Below, piece by piece: positions 47,261 to 56,975 of a stretch of 64,000 nucleotides of DNA. The position numbers and the translations under genes are program-made. Location of the stretch: positions 5,564 to 69,563 of the forward strand of contig CAMDEC010000002.1 of the NCBI GenBank assembly GCA_945893395.1. Direction: 5' to 3'. Within the stretch, counting starts at the first letter, position 1, and each line of letters begins with the position of its first letter. Source of the DNA: Bifidobacterium breve. Lineage in GTDB: Bacteria; Actinomycetota; Acidimicrobiia; Acidimicrobiales; Ilumatobacteraceae. A model generated the notes under the pieces. It was not told the DNA's origin, made no database searches, and saw only the letters and a list, made by a program, of their open reading frames with translations.

Positions 47261-48007
47261 TTAACCAACTTCCTGCATCAGAGATTCAGAAATATCAAAA
47301 TTAGCATAGACATCTTGGACGTCGTCATTGTCGTCGAGTTCATGCATAATTTTCAAGATCGCTTTCGCTTCGGCGGGGTCGGTTACTGCCACAGTATTCG
47401 ACGAGAGCATCGTTGTCGTCGCCGAACTCACAGAGATTTTCGCCGCCTCATAAGCCGCTTTCAATTCGTAGACCTGACTGGGTTCGCTGGTGATGTGCCA
47501 CATTTCTTCGTCGGCAGTGATGTCGTCTAGTCCATGATCGAGACCGATTGTCATCAACTCTTCTTCGCTGGCTGACTTTGCGACGAGAATCACGCCTTTG
47601 CGCGAAAACTGCCAACTGACCGAGCCGGGTGCGGCCATCGATCCACCTTGCTTTGAAAAAATTATTCGCACGTCGGCGGCTGTCCTGTTGCGATTGTCCG
47701 TGAGAATATCGATCAGCATCGCCACGCCACCCGGGGCATACGCCTCGTAAGTCACCGATTCGTAAACTTTGCCGTCGGTTTCTCCCATGCCCCGCTTAAT
47801 TGCCCGATCAATCGCTTCGTTCGTCATTTGTGCCGCTTTTGCTTTTGACACCACCGTGCGCAGTGCGGCATTTATCGAAACATCTCCTCCGCCTTCTCGT
47901 GCGGCGACTTCTAGTAATCGAGAAAGTTTGGCAAAAGTTTTGCCACGAACTTTGTCAATCGCAGCTTTTTTGTGCTTGATGGTTGCCCATTTAGAGTGAC
48001 CCGACAT
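47261..48007 (-). CDS. YebC/PmpR family DNA-binding transcriptional regulator
   Basis: 248 aa. MSGHSKWATIKHKKAAIDKVRGK N-terminus is diagnostic of the family. Confidence 0.92.
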   Translation of the reverse strand: MSGHSKWATIKHKKAAIDKVRGKTFAKLSRLLEVAAREGGGDVSINAALRTVVSKAKAAQMTNEAIDRAIKRGMGETDGKVYESVTYEAYAPGGVAMLIDILTDNRNRTAADVRIIFSKQGGSMAAPGSVSWQFSRKGVILVAKSASEEELMTIGLDHGLDDITADEEMWHITSEPSQVYELKAAYEAAKISVSSATTTMLSSNTVAVTDPAEAKAILKIMHELDDNDDVQDVYANFDISESLMQEVG

Positions 48008-48009
48008 CG

Positions 48010-48603
48010 CTAAATCTCCTTTACAAACATCTCATGAATGCGCTTATCATCTGAAAGTTCCGGGTGAAACGCGGCAACCAAGACATTCTTTTGTCTGGCC
48101 AAAACTACGTCCGAACCGAACTTCGCCAAAACCTCGACGTCCGGAGACAAGTTGACGATTCGCGGCGCGCGAATAAACACGGCGTGAAACGCACCATCAA
48201 GTCGTTCGACTTGAATCTCGGCTTCGAAACTGTCGACTTGGCGACCATAGGCATTGCGTTGCACCTCGATATCGATCGCATTGAATGAAACTTGATCATC
48301 GCGTCCATCGAAGATCGTTTTGGCCAGAAGGATCATCCCTGCACACGTGCCAAAAACTGGCATGCCTTCGTGAATCATTTTTTTTATTGGCTCATACAAC
48401 TCTGATGACTCAAGCAACTGGGACATCGTCGTTGACTCACCGCCAGGCATGATCAGCGCATCTACGACCGACAAATCTTGTGGGGTTCTGACTTCTTGCG
48501 TCGCAACATCAAGTTCACTAAGCATTCGCTCGTGACTATCAAATGCACCCTGAAGCGCTAGAACTCCGACAACTTTTTTTGCACTATTTTGTGAAACTCG
48601 CAT
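48010..48603 (-). CDS. pdxT: pyridoxal 5'-phosphate synthase glutaminase subunit PdxT
   Basis: 197 aa. VGVLALQGAF, GTCAGMILLA (Cys nucleophile), FHPE. Confidence 0.93.
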   Translation of the reverse strand: MRVSQNSAKKVVGVLALQGAFDSHERMLSELDVATQEVRTPQDLSVVDALIMPGGESTTMSQLLESSELYEPIKKMIHEGMPVFGTCAGMILLAKTIFDGRDDQVSFNAIDIEVQRNAYGRQVDSFEAEIQVERLDGAFHAVFIRAPRIVNLSPDVEVLAKFGSDVVLARQKNVLVAAFHPELSDDKRIHEMFVKEI

Positions 48604-48624
48604 AACCCGGAGGCCTCGAATCGC

Positions 48625-49533
48625 TCACCAGCCACGCTCTGCATAACGTTGTTCGATTTTGTCCATGCCGATTCCGGTCATTGGCCCGCCAAGATTTCGA
48701 CTCACCTTGGCGATGATCTCGGGATCTCGAAAGTGCGTTGTCGCTTCGACGATCGCCTTGGCTCGCGGCGCCGGATCATCGCTCTTGAAAATGCCTGAGC
48801 CGACGAAAACTGCCTGTGCCCCAAGTTGCATTGCCAATGCCGCGTCGCTTGGTGTGGCGATACCGCCAGCACAAAACAACGGCACTTGCAACCATCCCGT
48901 CTCGGCAATCTCTTGCACCAATGGCAATGGCGCCTGCAGTCGCTTGGCCCATTCAAAAAGTTCTGCCGAGTCGGCTTGTGTAATTTTTCGAATGTCACCG
49001 ATGATCGAACGAAGATGGCGTACCGCTTCGACAATGTTGCCGGTTCCGGCTTCTCCCTTAGAACGAATCAAAGCCGCGCCTTCGCTGATGCGACGCAATG
49101 CCTCACCAAGATTTGTCGCGCCGCACACGAACGGTATGGTGAACTTTAACTTGTCGATGTGGTGGGCCTCATCTGCTGGTGTCAACACTTCACTCTCATC
49201 AATAAAGTCGACACCGAGCGATTCAAGAACTTGTGCTTCAACAAAATGTCCAATTCGCGCTTTGGCCATAACTGGTATTGAACAAACGGCCTGGATGCCG
49301 GTGATCATCTCTGGGTCGCTCATCCGCGCCACGCCACCGTCTCGACGAATGTCTGCCGGCACTCGCTCAAGGGCCATCACTGCACACGCACCTGCGTCTT
49401 CGGCGATCTTGGCCTGCTCAGCATTAACGACGTCCATGATCACGCCACCCTTGAGCATTTCTGCAAGACCACGCTTGACAAGCATCGACCCGGTGGCCGA
49501 CTTGCTTGGATTTTCAGCTTCGCGTTTTGCCAT
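48625..49533 (-). CDS. pdxS: pyridoxal 5'-phosphate synthase lyase subunit PdxS
   Basis: [42 protein letters not shown] 49533 (MAKREAENP) preferred over the track's TTG 49548. Confidence 0.96.
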   Translation of the reverse strand: MAKREAENPSKSATGSMLVKRGLAEMLKGGVIMDVVNAEQAKIAEDAGACAVMALERVPADIRRDGGVARMSDPEMITGIQAVCSIPVMAKARIGHFVEAQVLESLGVDFIDESEVLTPADEAHHIDKLKFTIPFVCGATNLGEALRRISEGAALIRSKGEAGTGNIVEAVRHLRSIIGDIRKITQADSAELFEWAKRLQAPLPLVQEIAETGWLQVPLFCAGGIATPSDAALAMQLGAQAVFVGSGIFKSDDPAPRAKAIVEATTHFRDPEIIAKVSRNLGGPMTGIGMDKIEQRYAERGW

Positions 49534-49588
49534 CAGTGAACCCTTCAACTATTGGTTCTAATAGTAGCGAGCGCGAACTCGGGTTGTG

Positions 49589-50659
49589 TTACGGATAAGC
49601 AACGCTGGTGACATCAATCCCCGCAGGAATATGTGCCGCCGACTTTGCCCGAATTACTTCAACCCATGTGCGACCAGGTGTGAGTTTGATTACAGCACCC
49701 TTTGTGTCTTTAAACACAAACGGCTTCAGCGGATCGGTGCGATCCCATGAACCTTGAATCAAAGCACCTGCCGTATAAACCCAAACTTCACCACTGCCAA
49801 GAGTCTTGGCAACCGGACTCGAACCGGACTTGCCGTATGTCACCGACAACACGATGACATTCGACGCATTAATCCGAACATCTTGCATGTCGACGTGCGG
49901 CTTGTCATCTTGCGAACGCACGAACGCCAAAACCTCGGGTCTCCACTCCCACATCACATCCACGCCATCCATTGAAATTTTTACTGCACCAGCAGGTTTG
50001 GCATCTGTCGGCACGGCCTGATCATCGTCGCGATATTCAAACTGTGGCACGGGTGGTTTGGCGTCGGGTTTTGCAAGTGTCCAAAGTTTTGTCGTATCTG
50101 CCACCAAGTTGTGTGGCGCCACACGACTCGATTCGCGTCTAAAACCGCCGGCTTCGTTAGCGACAGAATGACTCAGGTCAACCAAAGTTGACTTGCGAAT
50201 CTTCGCGGTGACACCTGCGTTGCCACCGCTCCAGACAAACAACGGGCCATTCAAAGATGAAACAAGATCGATGTCTTGCAACCGACCGCTGCGCACTGGC
50301 CCTACCGGGTCGCTACCTTGCGATTGAAACACTGCGGCAAAACGAGTCAACTGCTCGACATTTTCTTCGAACACGATGTCAGCCTGATTCAAACCCCACT
50401 GCGGTCGCGATTTCGGATGGTTATCGATCTTGACGACCATCGCCGGTCGTCCAATCACGGATTCATCAGGCGCCTGTGCCCCGGTCAACGGTGCACGAAC
50501 AATCGGAATTGTCGTCGTAGTCGTCGTGGTTTCGGCAACACTCGTGTCTACGACTGAGGCCTCGGTCGTCTCGGTTGAACTCGATGAGCCGCTACAACCA
50601 GCGACGACTATGCCCGCAACGACCAAGGCCAAAAACGTCTTGTTTCGAAAACCGTGCAT
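49589..50659 (-). CDS. lipoprotein, DUF3048-like
   Basis: 356 aa. Signal peptide with lipobox (LVVAGIVVAGC), Ser/Thr linker incl. TTTTTT, then APLTG...RPAMVVKIDNHPKSRPQWGLNQADIVFEENVE, which matches my recollection of DUF3048. Confidence 0.65.
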   Translation of the reverse strand: MHGFRNKTFLALVVAGIVVAGCSGSSSSTETTEASVVDTSVAETTTTTTTIPIVRAPLTGAQAPDESVIGRPAMVVKIDNHPKSRPQWGLNQADIVFEENVEQLTRFAAVFQSQGSDPVGPVRSGRLQDIDLVSSLNGPLFVWSGGNAGVTAKIRKSTLVDLSHSVANEAGGFRRESSRVAPHNLVADTTKLWTLAKPDAKPPVPQFEYRDDDQAVPTDAKPAGAVKISMDGVDVMWEWRPEVLAFVRSQDDKPHVDMQDVRINASNVIVLSVTYGKSGSSPVAKTLGSGEVWVYTAGALIQGSWDRTDPLKPFVFKDTKGAVIKLTPGRTWVEVIRAKSAAHIPAGIDVTSVAYP

Positions 50660-50661
50660 CT

Positions 50662-51567
50662 TTACATCTCCCTTAAGGTTGCTATTCGCTCAGAGAGCGG
50701 TGGATGGGTATTAAACAGTTTATGAAATCCACCTAGCCTGCCTGCGTCATTCACCCCCGACAAAGGCTGCTCAATCCACATATGAGCCGTAGCCATACTG
50801 GCTGAATGCGTCACGGTGCTATCTGCTTGAAGTTTTTCTAAAGCGGATATCAAACCAGGCGGATACCGCGTCAACTGACAGGCTGAAACATCGGCCAATG
50901 ATTCGCGGCGGCGACTCACACTGGCTTGCATTATGCGGGCGATAATCGGGGCGATTATCAGCAATGCAAAACCAATCAGCGCAAGCGGATTGCTCGAGTT
51001 CCGACGATCAGACGAGCGACTGACTCGGCCGCCGTTCCACCACATCATTCGAATCGCCAAGTCTGTCAAAATCGCAATCGTGCCAACGAGCGTCACGGCG
51101 ATCGTCGAAACCAAGATGTCGTAGTTGCGAATATGTGAAAGTTCGTGCGCCAAGACTCCCTCGAGTTCGACTCGATCAAGTTTTTCAAGTAGACCGCTAG
51201 TCACGGCGATAGCCGCATGTTTTGGATTTCGTCCGGTGGCGAAAGCATTCGGTGCTGGATCGTCGATCACGTACAAGCCCGGCTTGGGTAGACCACCAGC
51301 GATACACAAACCCTCGACCAAATTATGCAACCGCTTGTAGGTCTGTTCGTCGGCCGGTTTGGCACGACTGACCCGCAACGCAATTTTGTCTGACTTCCAA
51401 TAAGAGGTGAACGCCAACACCGCAGAAATAATCAGGGCGATCGAAGTGCCGAAAAACGGATTGCCAGAAACTTGACCGGCCGCTGCGCCGGCTGCAACCG
51501 TAAGCAGCACGAAGCCGAGAATCAGAAATATCGAGCGTCGCTTATTGGCGGAGATTAAATCGTGCAT
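50662..51567 (-). CDS. htpX: M48-family zinc metalloprotease HtpX
   Basis: 301 aa. 4 TM segments. HELSHIRNYD zinc motif and distal E (RRRESLAD). 2-nt gap to the downstream lipoprotein gene. Confidence 0.87.
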   Translation of the reverse strand: MHDLISANKRRSIFLILGFVLLTVAAGAAAGQVSGNPFFGTSIALIISAVLAFTSYWKSDKIALRVSRAKPADEQTYKRLHNLVEGLCIAGGLPKPGLYVIDDPAPNAFATGRNPKHAAIAVTSGLLEKLDRVELEGVLAHELSHIRNYDILVSTIAVTLVGTIAILTDLAIRMMWWNGGRVSRSSDRRNSSNPLALIGFALLIIAPIIARIMQASVSRRRESLADVSACQLTRYPPGLISALEKLQADSTVTHSASMATAHMWIEQPLSGVNDAGRLGGFHKLFNTHPPLSERIATLREM

Positions 51568-51582
51568 AAATGACCGGTGGTT

Positions 51583-52137
51583 TTAAAACTGCACCTTCGG
51601 CGCGATTTTTTCGGTGTCAGTCGCTTCAAAAAATTCGCTCTCTTCGAATTTGAACAACGACGCAAAGATCACGCTCGGAAACGAGTGCACCGCGTTGTTA
51701 TATGACAAAACGGCGTCGTTGTAGAACTGGCGCGCATAGGCGATGCGGCTTTCAGTGTTGCTTAGTTCTTCTTGCAGACTCAAAAAACTGGCGTTGGCTT
51801 TCAGGTCTGGGTAAGACTCAGACAACGCGAATAATTGTCGCAACGCACCAGACAAGGCGTTATCTGCTCCTGCCTGGCTGGCAACAGAACTTGATGCTGA
51901 CATCGCAGAATTTCTCGCTGCGATCACCTGTTGCAAAGTTTTCTGCTCAAAGTCTGCATAACCCTTGACCGTCTCGACAAGATTCGGGATCAACTCGATT
52001 CGACGCTTCAACTGCACGTCAATCTGCGACCACGCATTCTCTACTTGATTGCGCTTGCGCACCAACGAGTTGTACGAAAGCGCGACGAACGAAGCGAGCA
52101 CGACAATTATTACGACGAGCCAAATCGACAACGACAT
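51583..52137 (-). CDS. LemA family protein
   Basis: 184 aa. N-terminal TM plus YNSLVRKRNQVENAWSQIDVQLKRR...ARQFYNDAV, typical LemA. AAGAGG SD before the ATG. Confidence 0.87.
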   Translation of the reverse strand: MSLSIWLVVIIVVLASFVALSYNSLVRKRNQVENAWSQIDVQLKRRIELIPNLVETVKGYADFEQKTLQQVIAARNSAMSASSSVASQAGADNALSGALRQLFALSESYPDLKANASFLSLQEELSNTESRIAYARQFYNDAVLSYNNAVHSFPSVIFASLFKFEESEFFEATDTEKIAPKVQF

Positions 52138-52184
52138 ATCACCTCTTGCTTTCTTTTGGGGTGTGGATTTATTCTAGTGCGATG

Positions 52185-53345
52185 CTACGAGTATTCAGGT
52201 CGACGTAGCACTCGGTCAGCGAACATTCGCACAACACGACTTTTTGGGTGATGATCCGGATCAAAACTCTCACGCTCCAACACCTTGTGATAGATCTCGA
52301 CATAAATTTCGGCGAGTCGTCGCATAGATAATTCTTTCGCACGCTCTAAACCACTCCGTCGAAGTCTCTCTGCCAATTTCTTGTCATCAATAATTTTTGC
52401 CAAACCTTCGGCGAGGCCTGCCACATCGCCTGGCTCAACCAGCCAACCGTTGACATCATGTGTCGCAACATTTCTATAACCTTCGAGCGAGCTCGCCACG
52501 ACCGGCGCTCCACTAGCCATCGCTTCAAGCACAACGATGCCAAATGACTCGCTATGCAGCGATGGCGCGCAAAACACCGAACACTTTGCCAGACGATCTA
52601 TCTTCTCAGCATCGGTTATGCGCCCCAGCCACGAGATGCGCTTGTCGTCGGCATATTTTGCTTTCAGTTCACCGATGCCTTCGCCGTCAGATGCTACCCA
52701 AAGTTCGATGTCGTCGGCGAGTTTTTCAAATGCTTCGAGCAAAGTCGCCAAACCTTTACGCGGCTCGTAACGACCGCAAAAGAAAACAGACTTGCTTTCG
52801 CCTCGAACAATTTCAGAACTCAAATACAAATCACTCTCAATACCGTTAAATAAGATTTCATATTCGCCACCCAAGTATCGATGCGCAAGTTCGTGGGCCT
52901 GTGGCGACACGGCGATCCGAGCATCCAAAAAATCGGCGATCCAATTCACTCCTTTGCTAAGCCTGCCGTACCAAGCGATGTCGCCAGCCGCGTGAAAAGT
53001 GCCGACCATCGGTGCCAATCGCAACAAAAGTGCCGTCACTGTCGGGCCAGGCGCGATCGGTTCATGCAAATGCAAAACATCGAATGCTTCGTCATTGATC
53101 GCACGAATTGTGCGCAACGCGGCAGATGGATCTGGCGCAAGTGGCACGATCGAACCGTTCGCAGCCGTCGGCAGACTGTTGCCTAGTGGCGTCACGAATG
53201 GTTCTGGTGGCGGACCGTCGCAAGGTCCAAGTACGCGCGCTTCGTGCCCCATTTTGCGCAACTCACGCGCCAAGCCGAGAACCTGGGCCTGAACTCCCCC
53301 GGGAATCGTCAAACTGTAAGGAGAAATCAAACCGATACGCAGCAT
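52185..53345 (-). CDS. pimA: GT4 glycosyltransferase, phosphatidylinositol alpha-mannosyltransferase PimA-like
   Basis: From ATG 53345: MLRIGLISPYSLTIPGGVQAQVLGLARELRKMGHEARVLGP, close to the recalled M. tuberculosis PimA N-terminus (MRIGMVCPYSFDVPGGVQSHV...). E-x7-E region ESFGIVVLEAMASG. The track's GTG 53417 adds 24 unconserved residues. Context pgsA-patA-pimA. Confidence 0.82.
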   Translation of the reverse strand: MLRIGLISPYSLTIPGGVQAQVLGLARELRKMGHEARVLGPCDGPPPEPFVTPLGNSLPTAANGSIVPLAPDPSAALRTIRAINDEAFDVLHLHEPIAPGPTVTALLLRLAPMVGTFHAAGDIAWYGRLSKGVNWIADFLDARIAVSPQAHELAHRYLGGEYEILFNGIESDLYLSSEIVRGESKSVFFCGRYEPRKGLATLLEAFEKLADDIELWVASDGEGIGELKAKYADDKRISWLGRITDAEKIDRLAKCSVFCAPSLHSESFGIVVLEAMASGAPVVASSLEGYRNVATHDVNGWLVEPGDVAGLAEGLAKIIDDKKLAERLRRSGLERAKELSMRRLAEIYVEIYHKVLERESFDPDHHPKSRVVRMFADRVLRRPEYS

Positions 53346-53455
53346 TTTTTTGCGCACATATCTAGGGCCGAATTCCGAACTAGTCGAAACTTTTGGACTG
53401 TCGGATACCCCGTTCACCGCCTACACGGTACGACCATTGCGACTAGTTTGATTGC

Positions 53456-54379
53456 GTGACGGCGCCCGAAAGCTTTCGACCAGCAGTATCCATGGTCGCA
53501 ACGGCAAAGCGAAGACACGCGATGCTCGACCTCGCACGTCGCGCAGAAGAACTCAATTTTGCCGGTATTGCGTGTCCGAGTCTTGGCGCCACAATCGGCT
53601 TTTGCGTTTCTTTGGCTCACACCACGAATTCGATCAAATTCTGGACCTCAATCCAGCCGATTTATTACAGCCATGCGATTGAAATGGCAAACACGGCGGC
53701 CCACATCCACGAAATTTCGAACGGTCGATTCGGGCTCGGTTTGGGTGTGAGCCACGGAGCAGTGATCAATCGTCTTGGGGCGACCACTGCTACACCTTTA
53801 GCCGACATCAAGAATTATCTCGAGACGATGAAAAGCCAAGAGCGATTCTCGGGTGATCTCCCGCCGATCTATTTGGCTGCGCTGCGCCAGAAGATGCTGA
53901 TGATGGCCAGCGAAATATCCAGTGGTGCAATTTGGGCGAATGCATCCCGCAAAAGTATCGCCACACAACTTGCGTCGATTCCCGAATCCCGGCGCAACGA
54001 GATGTTTTTTGCCAACATGGTCCCCACTGTAATTAGTGACGACATTGAAGCTGCTCGTGCGATTCATCGCAAAACTTTGGTCGGCTATGTCACTCTGCCC
54101 AACTATCGCAACTACTGGCGGTCGTGTGGCTACGACCAGCAGATCGATGCATTCGAAAAAATTTTGTCCGGGTCGGCAAAAGAAACTCGCAACGCCGAAA
54201 TTATCTCTGCGATGGACAACCAGTGGCTAGATGACTGCACTCTTTCAGGTGACGCCGACAGTGTTCGCGATGGACTTTACAATTGGTCACAATTGGGTGT
54301 TCTGCCGATTGCCGTGATGTCGTCAACCTCGGGCGGTCAAGCACAGGCAATTAGTCAGCTGTTTGACGCGTTCAACTAG
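53456..54379 (+). CDS. LLM-class (luciferase-like) flavin/F420-dependent oxidoreductase
   Basis: 307 aa, GTG start (ATG 53492 possible). TIM-barrel LLM signatures LARRAEELNFAGI and SNGRFGLGLGVSHG. The only plus-strand gene between 6.3 kb and 61.5 kb. Its 3' end overlaps the convergent patA stop by 4 nt. Confidence 0.78.
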   Translation: MTAPESFRPAVSMVATAKRRHAMLDLARRAEELNFAGIACPSLGATIGFCVSLAHTTNSIKFWTSIQPIYYSHAIEMANTAAHIHEISNGRFGLGLGVSHGAVINRLGATTATPLADIKNYLETMKSQERFSGDLPPIYLAALRQKMLMMASEISSGAIWANASRKSIATQLASIPESRRNEMFFANMVPTVISDDIEAARAIHRKTLVGYVTLPNYRNYWRSCGYDQQIDAFEKILSGSAKETRNAEIISAMDNQWLDDCTLSGDADSVRDGLYNWSQLGVLPIAVMSSTSGGQAQAISQLFDAFN

Positions 54380-55257
54380 TTATTTATTCGATCTAATTTG
54401 TCGCTCGGCCAATTCGGCTGAAACAGGTGCCATTGATCTGGCGCCCGACGAATCAAGTATTCAATCTCTTGGATTAATGATTGAGAAATTTGGCCCATGT
54501 CGACGCGCAACGATCCTGTGCGCTGAACATTGATCGCGGGTCGCACGATTGTTTCGTGTTGATCAAAGCCCCGTGCAAAATAGGTGCCGAGCGGCAACAA
54601 CGCTGCACCAGTGCGTAATGCAAAAAAAGCTGGACCTCCCGGCACGGTCGTACGTTCGCCAAAAAATTCGACTTCGACACCGTTGCCCTGTAGATCTCGG
54701 TCGCAGAGCAGGGCCACGACCTGATTTTTTGCCAATGCCTCTTGAACCGCAACACCAGAATGCTCGTCCAACGGAATAACGGAAACGCCGTAGCTTTTAC
54801 GCAATTCAAGAAACATCTTAAACATTTCTTCAGATTCAAGTTTTTCAACTACGGCATGCAATTCGTGCCCTTGGTGGATCAACCAACGACCAGACCACTC
54901 CCAGCCACCCAGGTGTGGCAACGCCAAAATCACACCTTTGCCGAGTTTCAGACCATTTTGAATGTGTTCAAAGCCGACGACACTTATGCCTGCATCAATT
55001 TGATTCTTGTTGAGCGAAGGTAATCGAAAGGTTTCAAGATAATAGCGCGCGTAACTTTCGTAGGCCTTGCGCACTGCTCGCCTAAGTCTGCGACCACTCA
55101 AAGTTGGGTCGACCCGACTTAAATTTCTGCCCACGATCTCTCGCTGGCTGCGCATACCGAAACAAACAATTGGCACGACAACCGCATTGATCGCCAAAAA
55201 TATAAACGATGGCGCGATGCGCGCAAGCCTCAAAATTAATCGATAGCCAAAAATCAC
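54376..55257 (-). CDS. patA: phosphatidylinositol mannoside acyltransferase (PatA, LPLAT/HtrB family)
   Basis: 293 aa. ESYARYYLETFRLP, ILALPHLGGWEW, CDRDLQGNGVEVEFFGERTTVPGGPAFFALRTGAALLP, PDQWHLFQPNW parallel recalled Rv2611c segments. 4-nt overlap with pgsA stop. Confidence 0.85.
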   Translation of the reverse strand: MIFGYRLILRLARIAPSFIFLAINAVVVPIVCFGMRSQREIVGRNLSRVDPTLSGRRLRRAVRKAYESYARYYLETFRLPSLNKNQIDAGISVVGFEHIQNGLKLGKGVILALPHLGGWEWSGRWLIHQGHELHAVVEKLESEEMFKMFLELRKSYGVSVIPLDEHSGVAVQEALAKNQVVALLCDRDLQGNGVEVEFFGERTTVPGGPAFFALRTGAALLPLGTYFARGFDQHETIVRPAINVQRTGSLRVDMGQISQSLIQEIEYLIRRAPDQWHLFQPNWPSDKLDRINN

Positions 55258-55943
55258 TGCACTCGACGGCGACGAGTTACGCGCAATCGTCGATCATCGC
55301 GCTTGGCACGGCGCGACGCACGGCGTGACTGACGCAAAGCGACCCGATCCGCGGTTGCAGGTGCGACGGCTGCTTGGTTCCAAACTTTGAAGAACCTTTG
55401 CACCGCCGTAATCGTCACGAGAACGAGCATAAGAACCATCGCCCAAAATAGAAGTGCGTCGAACAACAGACCGACACACAACAGAATGATTCTCTCCGCT
55501 CGCTCCATTAACCCACCCTTGGCACTCAGACCCAACGACTCGGCCTTGGCGCGCTGATAAGAAATCAAGGACGAAACCGCCATTACGGCGAAAACCAAAA
55601 CGGAGGCGTAAGGACCTCGCTGGTATGCCAAGAACCAAGCAACACCACCAAGCAATACGGCATCGGTAACTCGATCAACCGTCGAGTCAAAGAAAGCTCC
55701 GCGCTGACTGCTTTGGTTTGAAGCCTTGGCCAAGGCTCCATCCAACAAATCGGGCAATGCCGCGAGCACAACCAACAACAAGCCCAGGCGCAATGCCCCC
55801 ATACCAATCGCCACCGCCGCACCGCAGGCGACAATCAAACCAATCAGCGTCAAATGGTCAGGCGAAATTTTTGTTTTGCGAAGTTGCTCACCAACGGGAC
55901 GAACAGCTCGCTCTACTTGGTGGCGAAATTTGCCATCGAACAT
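55254..55943 (-). CDS. pgsA: CDP-alcohol phosphatidyltransferase, phosphatidylinositol phosphate synthase type
   Basis: 229 aa. Motif D-x2-DG-x2-A...G-x3-D-x3-D present as PDLLDGALAKASNQSSQRGAFFDSTVDRVTD. Position upstream of patA-pimA as for Rv2612c. Confidence 0.85.
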   Translation of the reverse strand: MFDGKFRHQVERAVRPVGEQLRKTKISPDHLTLIGLIVACGAAVAIGMGALRLGLLLVVLAALPDLLDGALAKASNQSSQRGAFFDSTVDRVTDAVLLGGVAWFLAYQRGPYASVLVFAVMAVSSLISYQRAKAESLGLSAKGGLMERAERIILLCVGLLFDALLFWAMVLMLVLVTITAVQRFFKVWNQAAVAPATADRVALRQSRRASRRAKRDDRRLRVTRRRRVQ

Positions 55944-55952
55944 TGCTCCAGC

Positions 55953-56438
55953 CTAACTCTCAGGATTTGATTCGACTAAACACTCAATTACACGAGCGTC
56001 AATCGCGTCGATCAAAACCAACCCGCGCTGAAGCGGCGGGTCTTGAGCGCTGTAAATCATTACACGCCATGTTGGACGACTGCGAAATCCGCGCCACACT
56101 TGTTGCGCAGATGCGTGACCTACAGCAAAGCCGACTGCTCGCGTCGCATATACCAGCGCCAGTTTTTCGTCGACTGTCATTCGCCAAGACGCCGAAAGCG
56201 AAAACAGACCAACTAAACCCAAAAAAATCGCGCTACCCAAAAAACCGTCGCTGACCATAGATGTTTCATTGTCGCGTTGCGAAAACCACAGCAGCGCCAA
56301 AAGCATCGCAATCACCAGATAAATTATTCCCGGAATTCTCCTGCGGCTGTTATCAGGAAATTTATAAGGACCAACGAATGCAGTGACGTTCAAGTCGTCT
56401 GGCAATTCATCTCGAATTTCATCGGGTGAATTAGACAT
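55953..56438 (-). CDS. hypothetical 2-TM membrane protein inside the HIT-pgsA-patA-pimA operon
   Basis: 161 aa, ATG start. Two hydrophobic spans (IPGIIYLVIAMLLALLWF; GSAIFLGLVGLFSLSA). 12-nt and 9-nt gaps to neighbours. No family recognised. Confidence 0.5.
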   Translation of the reverse strand: MSNSPDEIRDELPDDLNVTAFVGPYKFPDNSRRRIPGIIYLVIAMLLALLWFSQRDNETSMVSDGFLGSAIFLGLVGLFSLSASWRMTVDEKLALVYATRAVGFAVGHASAQQVWRGFRSRPTWRVMIYSAQDPPLQRGLVLIDAIDARVIECLVESNPES

Positions 56439-56450
56439 TGCTCAATCTTT

Positions 56451-56957
56451 TCACTTTTGTAGTTTCCAAGCTTTTCGAATTCGATCGGCGCTCACATCTA
56501 GAGCCTCGGGCAAAATTTTTGTGTTGGCAGTGGTCACCATAAAATTGGTGTCACCACCCCATCGACCGACCACGTGCACATGCAGGTGCTGAGCGATACT
56601 GCCACCAGCAGCGGCACCAAGATTTATACCGACATTCATCGCTTCAGGTTCATAAATAGACTTCAAAACTTTGACCGCCGTTGTCACCGTCGACCACAAT
56701 TCGCCAGTCTCAACTTCGGTTAAATCTTCGAGTTCGGCAACTTCCCGATACGGCAGAACCAAAAGATGCCCCGACGTATATGGAAATGCGTTCATTAACG
56801 CAAACACTTTGTCGCCGCGATGAACGATGTAACTCTGCTCGTCGGTCAGGTCGCTTTTCAAGATCTGCGTAAAAATAGACTGACCTGACTGCTGCTGCGC
56901 ACCTTGTCCATGCACGACATAGTCGGCTCGCCAACCGTTCCACAGTCTCTCTAGCAC
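56451..56957 (-). CDS. HIT-family nucleotide hydrolase/phosphorylase (Rv2613c-like)
   Basis: 168 aa. Histidine triad QHLHVHVVGRWGGD and NAFPYTSGHLLVLP. Located between thrS and pgsA as in mycobacteria (recalled). Confidence 0.82.
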   Translation of the reverse strand: MLERLWNGWRADYVVHGQGAQQQSGQSIFTQILKSDLTDEQSYIVHRGDKVFALMNAFPYTSGHLLVLPYREVAELEDLTEVETGELWSTVTTAVKVLKSIYEPEAMNVGINLGAAAGGSIAQHLHVHVVGRWGGDTNFMVTTANTKILPEALDVSADRIRKAWKLQK

Positions 56958-56975
56958 GACTTGCTCGTCAGATGT

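Noticed and set aside
48659-49561. 300-aa plus-strand ORF
   Set aside because: It is exactly antisense to pdxS, whose product is near-canonical. The translation is Ala/Ser/Pro/Arg-rich low complexity with no recognisable motif. Typical shadow ORF.
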